In this document: positions 51,218-64,000 of the stretch, piece after piece
Layout: each line of letters opens with the position of its first letter
Position numbering within the stretch: the stretch's first letter is position 1
Origin: Salpingoeca rosetta
Lineage: Eukaryota > Protista > Choanoflagellata
Length of the DNA: 64,000 bases
Direction: 5' to 3'
Assembly: GCA_033442325.1 (NCBI GenBank)
Contig: JAWQFM010000007.1
Coordinates: 768,719 to 832,718 of the forward strand
Notes under the pieces: model-generated
Databases searched by the model: none
Seen by the model: only the letters and a program-made list of their open reading frames with translations
What the model was told of the DNA's origin: nothing
Translations under genes and position numbers: made by a program

Positions 51218-51241
51218 CTCTGCCAGTGCTTGTTGTTGGCT

Positions 51242-51248
51242 GTTGCCA
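51242..51248. promoter_or_regulatory. Candidate RFX X-box half-site GTTGCCA
   Basis: GTTGCCA lies 25 bp upstream of the ATG of the ciliary gene DNAI7/CASC1. RFX factors regulate ciliary genes through GTTGCC-type sites. A 7-mer can occur by chance. Confidence 0.45.
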
Positions 51249-51352
51249 AGTTGATTGTTAATTGCGCATCGAATTCACGCGCATCATTTTGAATCGGAAG
51301 GACTCACACGCACAACACATACAGACACTGCCAACACCCATCATCACACACG

Positions 51353-52333
51353 ATGACGGCAGCGACGATGAATGGCGGAGACGGAGCGGAGGAGGTGGTG
51401 AATCGGTCGTCGCTGGGCAAGGGGAAGCAGCCTGCACGCCGCCGCAGTGCACCGGGCATGACGCAGGAGGCGGTTCACAACGGCACGATGCTCCTGAACT
51501 TCTTGAGGCTGGCGCTGGCGTCGTTCTTCCTCGTGCCAGTGGCGTTGTACTTTCACTTGTGGTTGCTTGCTGGGGTTCTTGCCTTCTTCGTCTTCACGCC
51601 ACAGCTCGTGGGAAAGGTGCGCTGAGTCGTGTTACGTGCGCGAGCACACCCTGTGTTCATTGTTGTAGAGGTGGTGTCCCTGGTGAGTGTGTGTTATGGG
51701 TGATGGCGCTCTTCCACTGCTGGCAGCATGGCTGGCTACACCGCACACTGTCGTCTGCTCACGGCCTAATCCACCCCTACGCTGCGCGCGTGTGTCTGGC
51801 TGCCTGTCTGTTTCCCTCTCTGTCTCTCTGTCTCTGTGTGTCTCTGTCTCTGTCTCTCTGTCTCTCTGTCTCTCTGTCTCTCTGTGTCTCTGTGTCTCTG
51901 TGTGTCGTTGTACTGCCAATTACGTTAGGCCTGGACACATGTTGCGTACCGTAGTCCGCCAAGCAACGTGGAGGTGCTGTTCCACGGGTTCATCTCCAGC
52001 ATCACGAAGCGACCGAGCCTCAAGGCCAAGCGGCCACAGATCACCTACGCCTCTCGTATCCGGTGCGTGCTAGCGGCGAAGAGCCTCACAATTGACGTTT
52101 GTGTGGGCGTTTTACGCTGCAGTTGCAGGTGGTCACGTACACACTGCCAACCTGCCCACCACGCGCCGTGCCTTTGTGCACTGTTCTTGGTTTGTAACAT
52201 GCTATGCACGCTGCGCACCCATCTGCTGTAGGGTGGATGAGCGGGACTTTGCCCGCGTGTGCGAGCTCACGGGGTTTAAGGACGCCACGCTGGCCAAGCC
52301 AGGCATGGCAGCCTTGCCATACATGCACGTGAG

Positions 52334-52401
<68 letters not shown>

Positions 52402-54039
52402 TGGTNNNNNNNNNNNNNNNNNNNNNNNNNNNNNNNNNNNNNNNNNNNNNNNNNNNNNNNNNNNNNNNNNNNNNNNNNNNNNNNNNNNNNNNNNNNNNNN
52501 NNNNNNNNNNNNNNNNNNNNNNNNNNNNNNNNNNNNNNNNNNNNNNNNNNNNNNNNNNNNNNNNNNNNNNNNNNNNNNNNNNNNNNNNNNNNNNNNNNNN
52601 NNNNNNNNNNNNNNNNNNNNNNNNNNNNNNNNNNNNNNNNNNNNNNNNNNNNNNNNNNNNNNNNNNNNNNNNNNNNNNNNNNNNNNNNNNNNNNNNNNNN
52701 NNNNNNNNNNNNNNNNNNNNNNNNNNNNNNNNNNNNNNNNNNNNNNNNNNNNNNNNNNNNNNNNNNNNNNNNNNNNNNNNNNNNNNNNNNNNNNNNNNNN
52801 NNNNNNNNNNNNNNNNNNNNNNNNNNNNNNNNNNNNNNNNNNNNNNNNNNNNNNNNNNNNNNNNNNNNNNNNNNNNNNNNNNNNNNNNNNNNNNNNNNNN
52901 NNNNNNNNNNNNNNNNNNNNNNNNNNNNNNNNNNNNNNNNNNNNNNNNNNNNNNNNNNNNNNNNNNNNNNNNNNNNNNNNNNNNNNNNNNNNNNNNNNNN
53001 NNNNNNNCACACACACACACACACACACACAACAACGCACACCACACACACACACACACGCACGCATATACCACAACACACAAACACACATGCACACATG
53101 CGCGCACACAGCGCGCAAGCCAAAGGCGCCAAAGGAGCGGGCTGAGATTGCCGGGGAGCAGACAAACACATGGACCCTCCCACACAACATTGGGTGGCAA
53201 TATGCACGCTGCAGCGGCGACTACAACCCAATCCACATCCACCCGCTCACCGCAAAGCTGTTTGGGCAGCCAACGTGCATTGCCCACGGCATGTACACAC
53301 TTGCACGCGCGGTGGCGGGCGTCACCACCGCCACCACATCGTCATCATCATCGTCATCATCGTCGTCATCAGGGAGTGGCCTTGACTTGCGCTACCCAAT
53401 TCAGGCGGCAAACGAGTGGAAGCTTCCCCTGCGCATCCCCAGCAAGGTAGGATCATCTGCTAAATGTAGGCTCTGTGTGTTGTGTCGTGGTTGGTGTCTG
53501 CTGTGTGCGACATCACGGCAGCCCACGTGACGTACGTCATGTTGTTCTCCCACTTACTCCCTTGTTCACTCCCACGCATTCACGCACACACACACACACA
53601 CACGTACTCACTCACGTACACATACACTGTAACACACGCTGCTTTGACCCCGTTTCGCTGCTGTGCTGCTTGTCTTTCATGTCTTTCATGGTGTCAGGCT
53701 GCGCTCAAGTTCCACGTTGCAGACACCAGCGCAGAGCACGTTCGCGGGATCAGGCCTCGCACGGCCAGAGGGTGAGGCAACGTGTCTGTGTTGTGTGTTG
53801 CATGTTGTGTTCATGTGTGTGTTGCTGTGTGTGGGGGGGGGAGCGTTATGAGGGGGTTGTATGAGCCAGTGTAACTCATTGCGCTGCGCTGGCATATGGC
53901 CGATTTTCGTGGTATGTATTGCCGTTTGTTCAGGGACCCAACCAAGACGGGTAAATTTGCATCGTTCCTGGTGGAGTTTGGTGATGGGAAACCGCACAAT
54001 GCCGGCGCCATCTGGGCAGGCGACTCCACCTTCCTCTAG
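51353..54039 (+). CDS. MaoC-like (R)-specific hydratase / hydroxyacyl-thioester dehydratase (HTD2/HtdX-like) with N-terminal hydrophobic segment; middle exons lost in gap
   Basis: Hydratase-2 motif QYARCSGDYNPIHIHPLTAKLFGQPTCIAHGMYT, then WKLPLRIPS and C-terminal GDGKPHNAG...FL* at 54039. Confidence 0.85.
52406..53007. other. Assembly gap (~600 N)
   Basis: N run between (GT)n and (CA)n inside the MaoC gene. Confidence 1.
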
Positions 54040-54254
54040 CTTCATCAACACATGGATCCGCACATCACATCACACCACATCACATCACATCACGTCACAC
54101 GTCACACGCCACTACGCGTCTCATGTTCATGCATTCTTGCTTGCAAATTCTCGTTCGCGTTTCCTTTTCTCGCGTCCTCTTGTCGCTTCTCCTCACTTCT
54201 CCTTCTCGTTTGCTCACTTCTCCTTCTCGCTTGCTCGCTTCAGCCTCGCCATCC

Positions 54255-54350
<96 letters not shown>

Positions 54351-54480
54351 CAACAACAACTTTTCTGCGTTCGGAGCTGGTCATAGTCGATTATTGTTGA
54401 CAGTACTCGATAAATTTCATCACAACAGAACGTATGATCAGCGATGATGATGAGGAGAGAAAGGGGTGCAAGAGTGAGTG

Positions 54481-54520
<40 letters not shown>

Positions 54521-54658
54521 CGACGGAGACGAGATGAGGAGGATTGCTGCACTCGCTCACTTACTTTGTTTGCTTTTGTTCCTCAACCGCACACACTACA
54601 CGTCACGCCAGACATCACATCACACACCGCATACGCTGTCTCTTGCCTTTGTCCTTAG

Positions 54659-54790
54659 ATGGGAAACGTGTTTGGATCACACCAGAACCTCAACATGACT
54701 GCCAAGACCCTCGTCGAGAAGGCCCTCGCCAACAACACCGTCGTGGTGTTCTCCAAGACCTACTGCCCCTTCTGCACCCGCGCAAAGGTG

Positions 54791-54871
<81 letters not shown>

Positions 54872-55500
54872 TGTGTGTGCGCGTGTGAGTGTGAGTGTGA
54901 GTGTGTGTGGCAATTTTCGTCCTCGTCGCTTCACTGAATGTATGAGTGCCACTCACCCAAGGCTTGTGTCTCACTTGCGACTTATGACACCTCGTGTCTC
55001 ACTGTGTGCGTGCACTTGTTGTGCAGGCGGCCCTCAAGGAGAAGGGCATTGAGGCCCTCATCATCGAGCTGGACCAGGGTGAAGGTGAGCCATGACACTT
55101 ACCCTGCAACACTTACCCTGCAACACTCCCCCTGCCACACTCACCCTGCCACACTCACCCTGCCACACTTCCCCTGCCATGCTGTGCGTCGTGTCCTGCA
55201 CTCGTGCATGCTGGCGCGCTCAGTCAACTGCTTGCTTTCTGTCTGCAGCGTCACGGTCACCACCGTTGTGCACACACCTGCATGTGTCTCACCCTCGCAT
55301 GTTTTGCTCACACCTTGTTGATGGCAGTGACCTACGGCGACGAGAAGGCTGAAGGCGCTGATGTCCATGCCATCATCAAGTCCGTGTACGGCCACCGCAC
55401 CGTGCCTGCCGTCTTCGTCAAGGGCAAGCTCGTTGGTGGCTGCGATGAGACCCTGGCTGCCCTCAAGTCTGGCAAGTTCATGGAGCTCGTGAACGCGTAA
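54659..55500 (+). CDS. Dithiol glutaredoxin (CPFC); exons 54659-54787, 55027-55084, 55328-55500
   Basis: VVVFSKTYCPFCTRAK, IIELD, HRTVPAVFVKGKLVGGCDET; splice phases consistent. Confidence 0.95.
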
Positions 55501-56029
55501 GCATGCAACACCCGTCCCCTCTCGTTTTGTTTTCGCCAATTGTTTGCGTTCTCGTTGTCACTCTCCTCGTGATGCAAGCGCAGCACATGCAGGCACAGAT
55601 ACGCGTGCGTGTGTTGTCATGATTGCTCCATGGTTGAGTGTGTAGGCATGTGCCAGTTCTGTGCGCACCATCGCAATGCAACATCAGTAAATCCCCACAA
55701 GGAAGACCGACCCATCACCAACCACAACATCAGAACGCGCCCAAAGGGAAGCTAGTGACACTGGCATGCGGGTTGTGTGACAGTCAGTGAAGAGGCTTGT
55801 ACAGCGGCTCGTTTACAGCGTGTATCGCCAACGACACACCTCGCAGCGGACCATCATCAGCAAAGTCAGCAAGCAATCGAGGCGATAGGGTAATGTAACT
55901 GGGTCCCGGCGGCAAAAGGCAAGGCAGGACCTGCCTGCTAACACACACACACACACACACACACACATGCACACACACATGCACACACACATGCACACAC
56001 ACATGCACACACACACAAGTGGCTGCTAG

Positions 56030-57764
56030 CTAGTGGTAGATATCAGGCGGGTTTGTGAGCGAGGCAGGGACTTCGATGCCATACTCGCGCAGCTGGCGCA
56101 CAAACTTGGCGCGAACGTGTTCATACAAGGCATAGTCAATGGGGTCATCAGCAACGGTGAGCTCGTGTAAGTCGTCGTCGTTGGCAATGCGGAACTTGGA
56201 TGCGTAGCGGTCCGGGTCTGCCGGCCGGAGGTTGAGCACCTCGTGGTCATGGATGCGCCCGCCAAACATGCGGTGGAACAGACACGCGCTCGTGTTCCAC
56301 GCCTCAACCAGCCCGACAAACGCAAAGTGCTCGTCAACCCGCCGCTTTGCCTCCTCTGTGGCAGCCGGCGGCGGCGGTGGTGAGAAGGAGGGGGAATGAG
56401 GGGGAGAAGGGGGAGGAGAAAGGGAGAAAGAAAGTATGTGTGCGTGTGTGCGTGTGTGAGTGTGTGTGTGAGTGAGTGTGTGTGTGTGTGTAACCGAGAG
56501 CATCATGTGACAGTGTTATGTGCAATGAAACAAGCACGACTGCCGTTCACTTCACTCCACCACCACCACCACCACCACCACTGCGGATTACCGAGGTCGG
56601 CGGCCGTGAGCTCAAACTTGGAGCCGCAGTGCTGGCCCAGCACCATCTTCGTCTGGCACCCGCGCACACCTGGCACACAGGAAGGGGTGAGGGGGGTCGT
56701 GTTCATGCACAGCGGTGAGTTGGACAAGGGTCCAAGGGTATTAAATCCAAAGTGGGCAGCATTTACTCTCTGTTTGCCCACGCGGCGGCCTCTTTCCCGA
56801 ACACATACATGTGTCAATCAATTCCATCCATCCAACCAACCACCCATCCATCCATCCATCCATCCATCCATCCATCCATCCATCCATCCATCCATCCATC
56901 CATCCATCCATCCATCCATCCATCCATCCATCCAACCATTCCATGCATGCATGCAAGCACCTGGCCACGTCGTCCACTGCTTGAGGGACCACTGCTTCGT
57001 CTCCTCCACCATCTTTGCCCGGTCAGACAGCCCAAATGCGTGGCGCGCATGGTTGTACGCAGACCTGAGCCTGAATGGTGGGAGTGAGAGAGAGTGGTGC
57101 GAGTGAGAGAGAGTGTGTGTGTGTGTTTGTGTGTGTGAGTGAGTGTGCATGTGTGTGTGAGTATAAGGCCTCAAACAGCAGCAACAACGAGTGGCGTGAG
57201 CACTGGAAGAGCTACAAGCGCGTACGCGCGTACACACACATACACACACACACACGCACACACACATGCACCGAACACACGCACACACCGTGTGAGCGGG
57301 TTGCGGAACATGGCCATGATGTTGGCGTTGATGGTGAGCCACTTGCGGGTGACGGGGAAGTGCGTGTTGACAACACCAATGAGGTCACTCACACACATCT
57401 TCGTCTCGTATGGTACATTCTTCTGGTGAAAGAGCAGCAATGGCGGTTGGCCATAATGAGTAGTGTAAAGGTGCGTGTAACTGCACGAAATCAGCGGTGC
57501 TTACAACCAACGCACGCACACAGACACACACACACACACAGACACACACAGACACACACACACACACAGACACACACACACAGACACACAGACACAGACA
57601 CACACAGACACACACACACAGACACACACACAGACACACACACACACACGTACCCGCTTTGGCCTGACAAGGCCGTCGTGCGGCGCCCACGTGGAGAAGC
57701 CCTTGCACTTGCCGCCCGGATTGCACGGCTTGTAGCAGAACGAGCACGTGCGAGGGAAGTACTC

Positions 57765-57842
<78 letters not shown>

Positions 57843-58855
57843 CGTGTGTGTGCGTTGGAAGCGACGAGCACAGGCACAAGAATAGCAATGGCTGTTCTTA
57901 CTTCTCAATGGTAGGGGAGACACCGACAAGATGGAGGCTCTCGTCTGTGCCCTGACAGAGGTAGTTGTACAGGATGGACGTGAACGACGTGCCGCACCTG
58001 ACGAGGGAGATAATGAGAACAGGGGAAGCAAGTATGGCATGGCGATGAACGGTCAGTGCACGCTGCTGCGTCGTGGCGCACTCACATACACGCATACAGA
58101 GAGAGCGAGAGAGACAGAGAGACAGAGAGACAGAGACAGAGAGACAGAGACAGAGAGAGAGACAGAGAGACAGAGAGAGAGAGACAGGCAGACACACACA
58201 CAGACACAGACACAGACACACACAGACACACAGACACACACACAGACACACACGCACACACACAGACATACAGACACACACACACACACAGACACACAGA
58301 CACGCAGACACACACACACACACACACAGACACACACAGACACACGCAACACACGCAACACACGCAACACACGCAACACACGCAACACACGCAACACACG
58401 TACTTTGGAAAGTGGATCCAAGTTGCGTTGGGCAGTGCACGAGGTGGGTGCTTGGCTGGGCCCGTGATGCGACACATGCCATCAAACGTGGGGTCAGGGT
58501 AGTCTGGATAGAGTGCGTCGCTGGCCTGCAACCGCAGCAGCCTCTGGCCCAAGGGGGCAGTTGGCATCTCTGTTCCATGCCCGCACCTGCAGCTGGCGCA
58601 CTTCCACGGAAAGCCGACGTCATCCTCCCTGAAGCTGTCGATGTTCACGCTGCTGCCGTACGAGCACGCTTTGCCGAAGCAGGACAGGCCTGGTGCACAC
58701 ACGCAGTAGTCCTCACCGTGCAACTGCGAGTGCAGGAACACGGAGTTGCTTGGGCACGGCGCAGCATCGACGATGAGCAGGAGCCCGCCGCAGCTCACCA
58801 GCAGCAGTGCCAGCACGCACGCAACTCCAACACGCGCATGCCACACTGCCATCAT
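56030..58855 (-). CDS. Golgi/secreted-type carbohydrate sulfotransferase (Sulfotransfer_2 / HS6ST-Gal3ST-like) with Cys-rich N-terminal module
   Basis: Signal/anchor sequence; 5'-PSB loop WIHFPK-CGTSF; 3'-PB motif [13 protein letters not shown]; GCQTKMVLG; [17 protein letters not shown]; DPIDYALYE. Confidence 0.85.
56823..56933. repeat. (TCCA)n tetranucleotide microsatellite in a sulfotransferase intron
   Basis: Tandem TCCA units; produces the spurious DGWM/HPSI ORFs. Confidence 0.95.
58344..58399. repeat. (CGCAACACA)x~6 9-bp tandem repeat at an intron 5' end
   Basis: Directly visible next to the donor of sulfotransferase intron 1. Confidence 0.9.
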
Positions 58856-59072
58856 CACCACTCCCTGACTTCAATGAATGCGCGTCTCAGACGTGTCTTC
58901 CCTTTTTTCCTCTTGTTTGGTTCTTTTGCTTCTCTTGCTTGCTTGGTTGGTCGGTTGGTTGGTTGTTGTGTTTCGGGAAGACGAGAGGGGAGAGAAGGAG
59001 AAGTCGAGGGTGGCATGATGCGCTCAAAGCAAGAGTGCATGCACAGTGAACGGGAGAAGGACGAGACAGTGC

Positions 59073-59125
<53 letters not shown>

Positions 59126-59158
59126 TGTGTATGTGTGTGTGTGTGTGTGTTGCTGCGT

Positions 59159-59917
59159 TCACTTGGTCTCGAGGCTGAGCTCGATGTTGGCGCAGAAGAG
59201 GACGTCGCCGGCGTTGGTCTTTGCCTCAAGCGTCGCCTTGTAGTCGCCCTGCACACACACACACACACGCACACATGTTAGACGGTGGCAGGCAGGCATG
59301 GGTCCGTGCTGTGAAGAGATGGACTTGCAAGTGTGCTCAAAGGCACCCACACACCCACACACCCACACACACGCACGCACACGCACGCACGCGCACACAC
59401 CCACACACCCACACACCCACACACACCCACACACACCCGCACGCACACCCGCACGCACACACACACACGGCGTACGTACGTTGCTGAGCCAGCTTGGGAC
59501 GCTGGGGGGAAGGGCCGGGGCAGAGACGGTGGTGGTTGGCACGTTGAACTGCATGCAAAACGGGGATGAATGTGGTGAGAGTGAGAAGAAGAAGAACAGT
59601 AGGCATGTCACGTTGGATGTGATCGTTCATCGTGGAACCACGGGTGCAAGCATGTAGACATGAACGCAGGCACAGACACAGATGACAAACACGCTTGCAC
59701 ACACGTTGAAGGAGGTGAGCGGGCAGCGGCACGGGATGCCCATGGAAGGGAGGGGAGCAGGACAGTTGCCGTGGGGATCGACGGGGATCAGCTTGGCAAG
59801 GACCTTGCACAGGTCATCGTACGAGCTGAGCATACCAACACGCGCAACATGTGGACACAAGGTGGGTGGACAAAACATGAGCAATAGTGTGGGCGATCAT
59901 AAACTCACACACGCGCG

Positions 59918-59989
<72 letters not shown>

Positions 59990-60959
59990 CAACTCTCTCT
60001 CTCTCTCTCTCCATCACTCATCACTCACCAGGAGCCAATGTCGTCGACGCAGGGGATCTTGATCCAAACGCCAACCTTCTTCTCCAGCTTGACCTCGGCC
60101 TTGATGGGGGCATCAACCGTCGCGGCTGATGTGATGCAAGCAATCGTGAGTGGGGTCAGTGTCCAAGAGTAGAAGCGGAATCGAATCGGCACTTGCGGAA
60201 ATAAGGGGAGAAGAAACCTCGATACAAGATTCGAAATACGCATGTCACCCAAACATACACATTCGCAGCCATGCATGCTTGCGGTGAGCACTTACAAAGC
60301 GAGCCGGCGGCGGAGAAGGTGATGTTGCCAGGCAGCTTCTGCACTCATCGCCATGCACGAATAGAAGATGTGTGAGAAGAGCGAGAAGCGACGCACAAAA
60401 CAAAGGAAACACAAATCACACATGAATCATACGAAGATATGCCAACCCCTCTCCCTCCCCACACACACACCCACTCACACGCACATGTTGTACACGTACA
60501 ATGGGATCAGGGGAGATGGACAGCTTGGAAACGTGGGCAGGGGCGCTGGATGGGGCTGTGTCAAGGTGTGAAGGTGATGAGGTATATGTCGAATATCAAC
60601 AGAAGCATGGCAGTGAAAAAACATGCAACGTGTCCACCAAACACACACACACACAAACACAAACAACAACAACACACACACGCGCACAAACACAAACACA
60701 AACACAAACACACAACAACACAAACACAAACACAAACACAAACACACAACAACACAAACACAAACACAAACAACAACACAAACACAAACAACGTACCGCA
60801 GTCGGAGAAGCTGAAGGACTTCAGGGTGATGCTGGTAGGGTTTTCCTTGTGCAGGCGCATGACCGTGGGATCTGTGTGCAGGTGCATCTTCTGCACAGGC
60901 ACGCCGGCAGCCACTGCCACAAGCATGGCCGCCAGCACAACAGCAAACGCCGTGTTCAT
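59159..60959 (-). CDS. GM2A: GM2 ganglioside activator-like ML-domain lipid-transfer protein
   Basis: Signal peptide; FSFSDC; LSISPDPI-KLPGNITFS; KLEKKVGVWIKIPCVDDIGS; YDDLCKVL; CPAPLPSMGIPCRCP; PSWLSN-GDYKA, matching the GM2A Cys pattern. Confidence 0.9.
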
Positions 60960-61468
60960 CGTCGTCGTCGTCTTTGAAGCTTGGTGGGGAAGGGAGAGAT
61001 CTGTGTGTTTGTCAGTCAGTGGTGGAGGAAGTGTTTGTTGTGGTTTCGTGCTCCAGGAAAAGTGTAGGAAAATACGACCAATCGCCAATTGTGCCTGTTT
61101 TTGGCAACAGCAGCAGGTGGCGCTGATTGAAGAGATAGCAGCAGCCCACAAGAAGGCGAGTGCTGGTTGACCAGCACTTGTATGCGATGTGTATGTGTGT
61201 ATGTGTGTGTGTGTATGTGTGTGTGTGTGTGTATGTGTGTGTGTATGTGTGAATGCGTGTGTGTGTGTGTGTGTGTGTGTGTTTGACTGTGAGTGCATCC
61301 CTGCGTGTATGTGGTTGGTTTTTCTGTTCAAGGTGTTCTCTCATGTACGCTTCTTGCTTGCTAGCGCTTTTGATTGCCCCCTTCCCCTTTCCGCCACCTC
61401 ACCTCACCTTGCCTCTCTCCCACATCGCCCCGCCTCCACACACAGAAGGGGCTCTCGTTTGCACTGCT

Positions 61469-61879
61469 ATGTCGACACATTCCGCCGCCGTTGGGCAGCA
61501 ACAACAGCCTGCACTGGCAGCAGATGAGATTTTGCTGCTCCATGCGCCACCACCTGCCCTGCTCTGCCGCATCTGCCACGGGCTCTTGGTCGATCCAGTC
61601 ATCAGCGTCGCGTGCGGCCACACTTTCTGTCGAGCATGCGTGCAGCCGCCAGCAACACCGCGCAGCCGCCAGCAAGACAGGCGGCTGCCGCAGTCAACCG
61701 CATCGACGCCGGGACAGCTGTACACCCGTCCCCCTGGCCATGGCGATGGAAGCGACACGAACCGCACGCCATCGCAGCTCCGCCTCACCCAATCCATGAT
61801 GGATCCGCAACGGTCCGAGCACAGCTTTGGCAGCCCCACGGCTCCCGGTGGCATGTTGTCACCACCGCCACAACAACAA

Positions 61880-61918
<39 letters not shown>

Positions 61919-62274
61919 ACCTTGGAGCGTTCACATGGGGGATCTGCATCATCCCCACTCTTCTCTGCAGATGCACAGACCACCGACGTTGATGCTGCGC
62001 TTGCGAACGCAGACAGCGCACAACACAGCCAAGGTTATGGCAACGACGGCAACGGCGGCGACACTCACACTTCACCTCACGCACAGCAACGCAATGATGC
62101 TGGTCATGGTGGTGGACATGGTCACGGTCATGAGTATGATTCGCACAGCCAACACACGTCCTCCCACCCATCACACCCATCACACCCACCTCACCAACTG
62201 CAAGCATTCTCACCGCAACCTCAACCACGACTACTCTCATCAGCATCGCCGTCATCAGCTTCGCTGTCGTCCAT

Positions 62275-62322
<48 letters not shown>

Positions 62323-64000
62323 AGCGGCGGCCATCACGTGCCCGATCCACAACATCGTGCTACAGGGCACCCCGCTCGTCCCCAACATTGCCATTGAGGA
62401 GCAGGTCGCCTTGGTTGCCCTCTACTGCCCATATGTGACGGTGGTGGAGAGCGAGGAGGTGCCAGAGGACGCAGCACCCGTCTTCACGCGCTATGCGAGG
62501 CGCATTGGCTTCATCAGCTTCTCCAGCAAGTGCCGCTTCACAGGCACGCGTGCAGAGGTTGAGGCACACAGGTCCGCGTGCGCATGTGCGCCGCGGCCCT
62601 GTCGCAACAGCGAGCGCTGTGGCCTCATCCCTGCTGACCAGATGCACATGCACCTGGCCACGTGCCCTTACACCAAGTGTCGCAACAACGTGTTTGGCTG
62701 CCGGCAGCGGGGCCATCCAGCAGACATGGCGCACCACGAGAAGACGTGCATGTTTGCCAACTCGCCGCTGGCGCAGCAAGGGCGCATGCTCTCTGAGCTG
62801 GAGGCCGGCTTCCACATCCTGGCGGAGAACATGAAGAAGATTACCCGTCGCATATCTGCCATGGAGATGAAGCAGACAGGGCTGCAGCGGGCCGTAACCG
62901 CCACCAATGGCCAGCACGCCGCCACCGCAACACCATCGTCGTCATCCGCCACCGTGATACCGACACCAACCACAGATGGCCGGCCAATGATGACGACCAC
63001 CATGGCAGAGCAAGATGGTGTGGAGATCGCGTACGTGTCACCGGCAGCACGCGCGTTGGCGATATCGGGAACAGCCACGCCTCGTGGACCTGTCTCTTCC
63101 GTGGATGCTGTTCGCAATGGCGGTGCAATTGATGGTGGTGGTGCTCGTGTTGATGGTGGTGTGGATGGTGATGGCGATGTTGGCAACGCGGGTACCCGCG
63201 ACCCACGTGGAAGCCAGCAGCACTACTGGAACCAGCAGCAGCACCACCACGGTGGGCAGCGCGGAGGCCGAGGTGTTGGTGAGACACCTCTAACCGATGC
63301 CATGACAGTACCCTATCACCACCCTCAAGACCATCAACATCAGCAGCAGCAACGGCAGCAGTTTGGGGAAGTCGGGGAGGAAGACACTGCGCGCGGCCCG
63401 ATGTATGGGCAAGGTCGTGGTGATGCCAGCAGACCAACAATGGCAGCAGCAAGTGCCGACGTGCAATCCAACGGCACTGCGTCACCAGCGCCATCGTCAC
63501 AGGCTGAATCCATCACCTCCACCACCGCCACAAAGGGAACACGCAGGTCCGCCACAGCCGCCACTACCAGCGCTACTGCCGTTCAGCACTCGGCGCTGCC
63601 TGGCCAGCATGTGCGGGGCATGTTTCTCAAACCGCAGGATGTGTTTGATTCGCGCGGGTGCCTTGCTATGCCCTTCCACTTCCAGTGCATCGGCACATTT
63701 GGGGCGCACACGGGGCCCGTGTGGTGTCTGGCGGCATACGAGACGCTCATGTTCACGTCGGGATCGGAGGAGACAATCAACGTGTGGGATTTGGGCCGGG
63801 ACGAGCCCGCGCGTGTGCATGTGCTGGCAAGTCACACGGCGATGGTGCACTCACTCACGTGCAAAGGACAGCGCCTCTTCAGCGGCGACGCAGACGGCAT
63901 CGTCAAGGTGATGACGACACGTGTAGTGGGTTTGGTTGGGTCAAACTGGTTGGGTTGGTGGGGGTTGGCTGTTTGTGGTGCTTTACGCCTGCCATGCTGC
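61469..64000 (+). CDS. TRAF7: TRAF7-like E3 ligase (RING + TRAF-type zinc fingers + coiled coil + WD40); first exon 61469-63907, gene continues beyond window
   Basis: 813-codon exon absent from the ORF track. LCRICHGLLVDPVISVACGHTFCRAC ... CPIHN..LVPNIAIEEQV..LYCPY; zinc fingers (HRSAC..PCRN, HLATC..KCRN..GC..HEKTC); WD40 entry FQCIGTFGAHTGPVWCL...INVWD. Confidence 0.88.

Noticed and set aside
55095-55178. Imperfect ~14-bp tandem repeats (CACCCTGCCACACT) resembling a CRISPR array
   Set aside because: There are no unique spacers and no cas genes; this is an intronic minisatellite in a eukaryotic gene.

Overview
Eukaryotic, intron-rich, GC-rich genomic DNA with introns full of (CA)n/(GT)n microsatellites, five N gaps and animal-like genes. 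This style suggests a choanoflagellate such as Salpingoeca rosetta (inferred, not verified). Most entries in the ORF track are microsatellite artefacts. Splicing exons by hand (GT-AG, phase-checked where stated) gives 17 protein-coding genes in this order: SPFH membrane protein (5' truncated), Rad60/NIP45-like tandem SUMO-like-domain protein, SWIM zinc-finger protein, class I isoprenoid-synthase-like protein, YIF1, HYPK, an intronless hypothetical with an LRR-like motif, an intronless GH33 sialidase, a giant multidomain gene, an intronless SAM methyltransferase, a THUMP-domain tRNA methyltransferase, DNAI7/CASC1, a MaoC dehydratase, a CPFC glutaredoxin, a Golgi-type sulfotransferase, a GM2-activator-like ML protein, and TRAF7 (3' truncated, absent from the ORF track). 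The most interesting element is the ~15.6 kb gene at 21878-37446. It encodes one polypeptide of roughly 2,200 aa joining a 2H phosphoesterase (two HxT motifs), an RWD domain, an H-Y-E PARP-like ADP-ribosyltransferase, a degenerate vWA domain and a long uncharacterised C-terminal region. Family assignments rest on motif recognition from memory; no searches were run.
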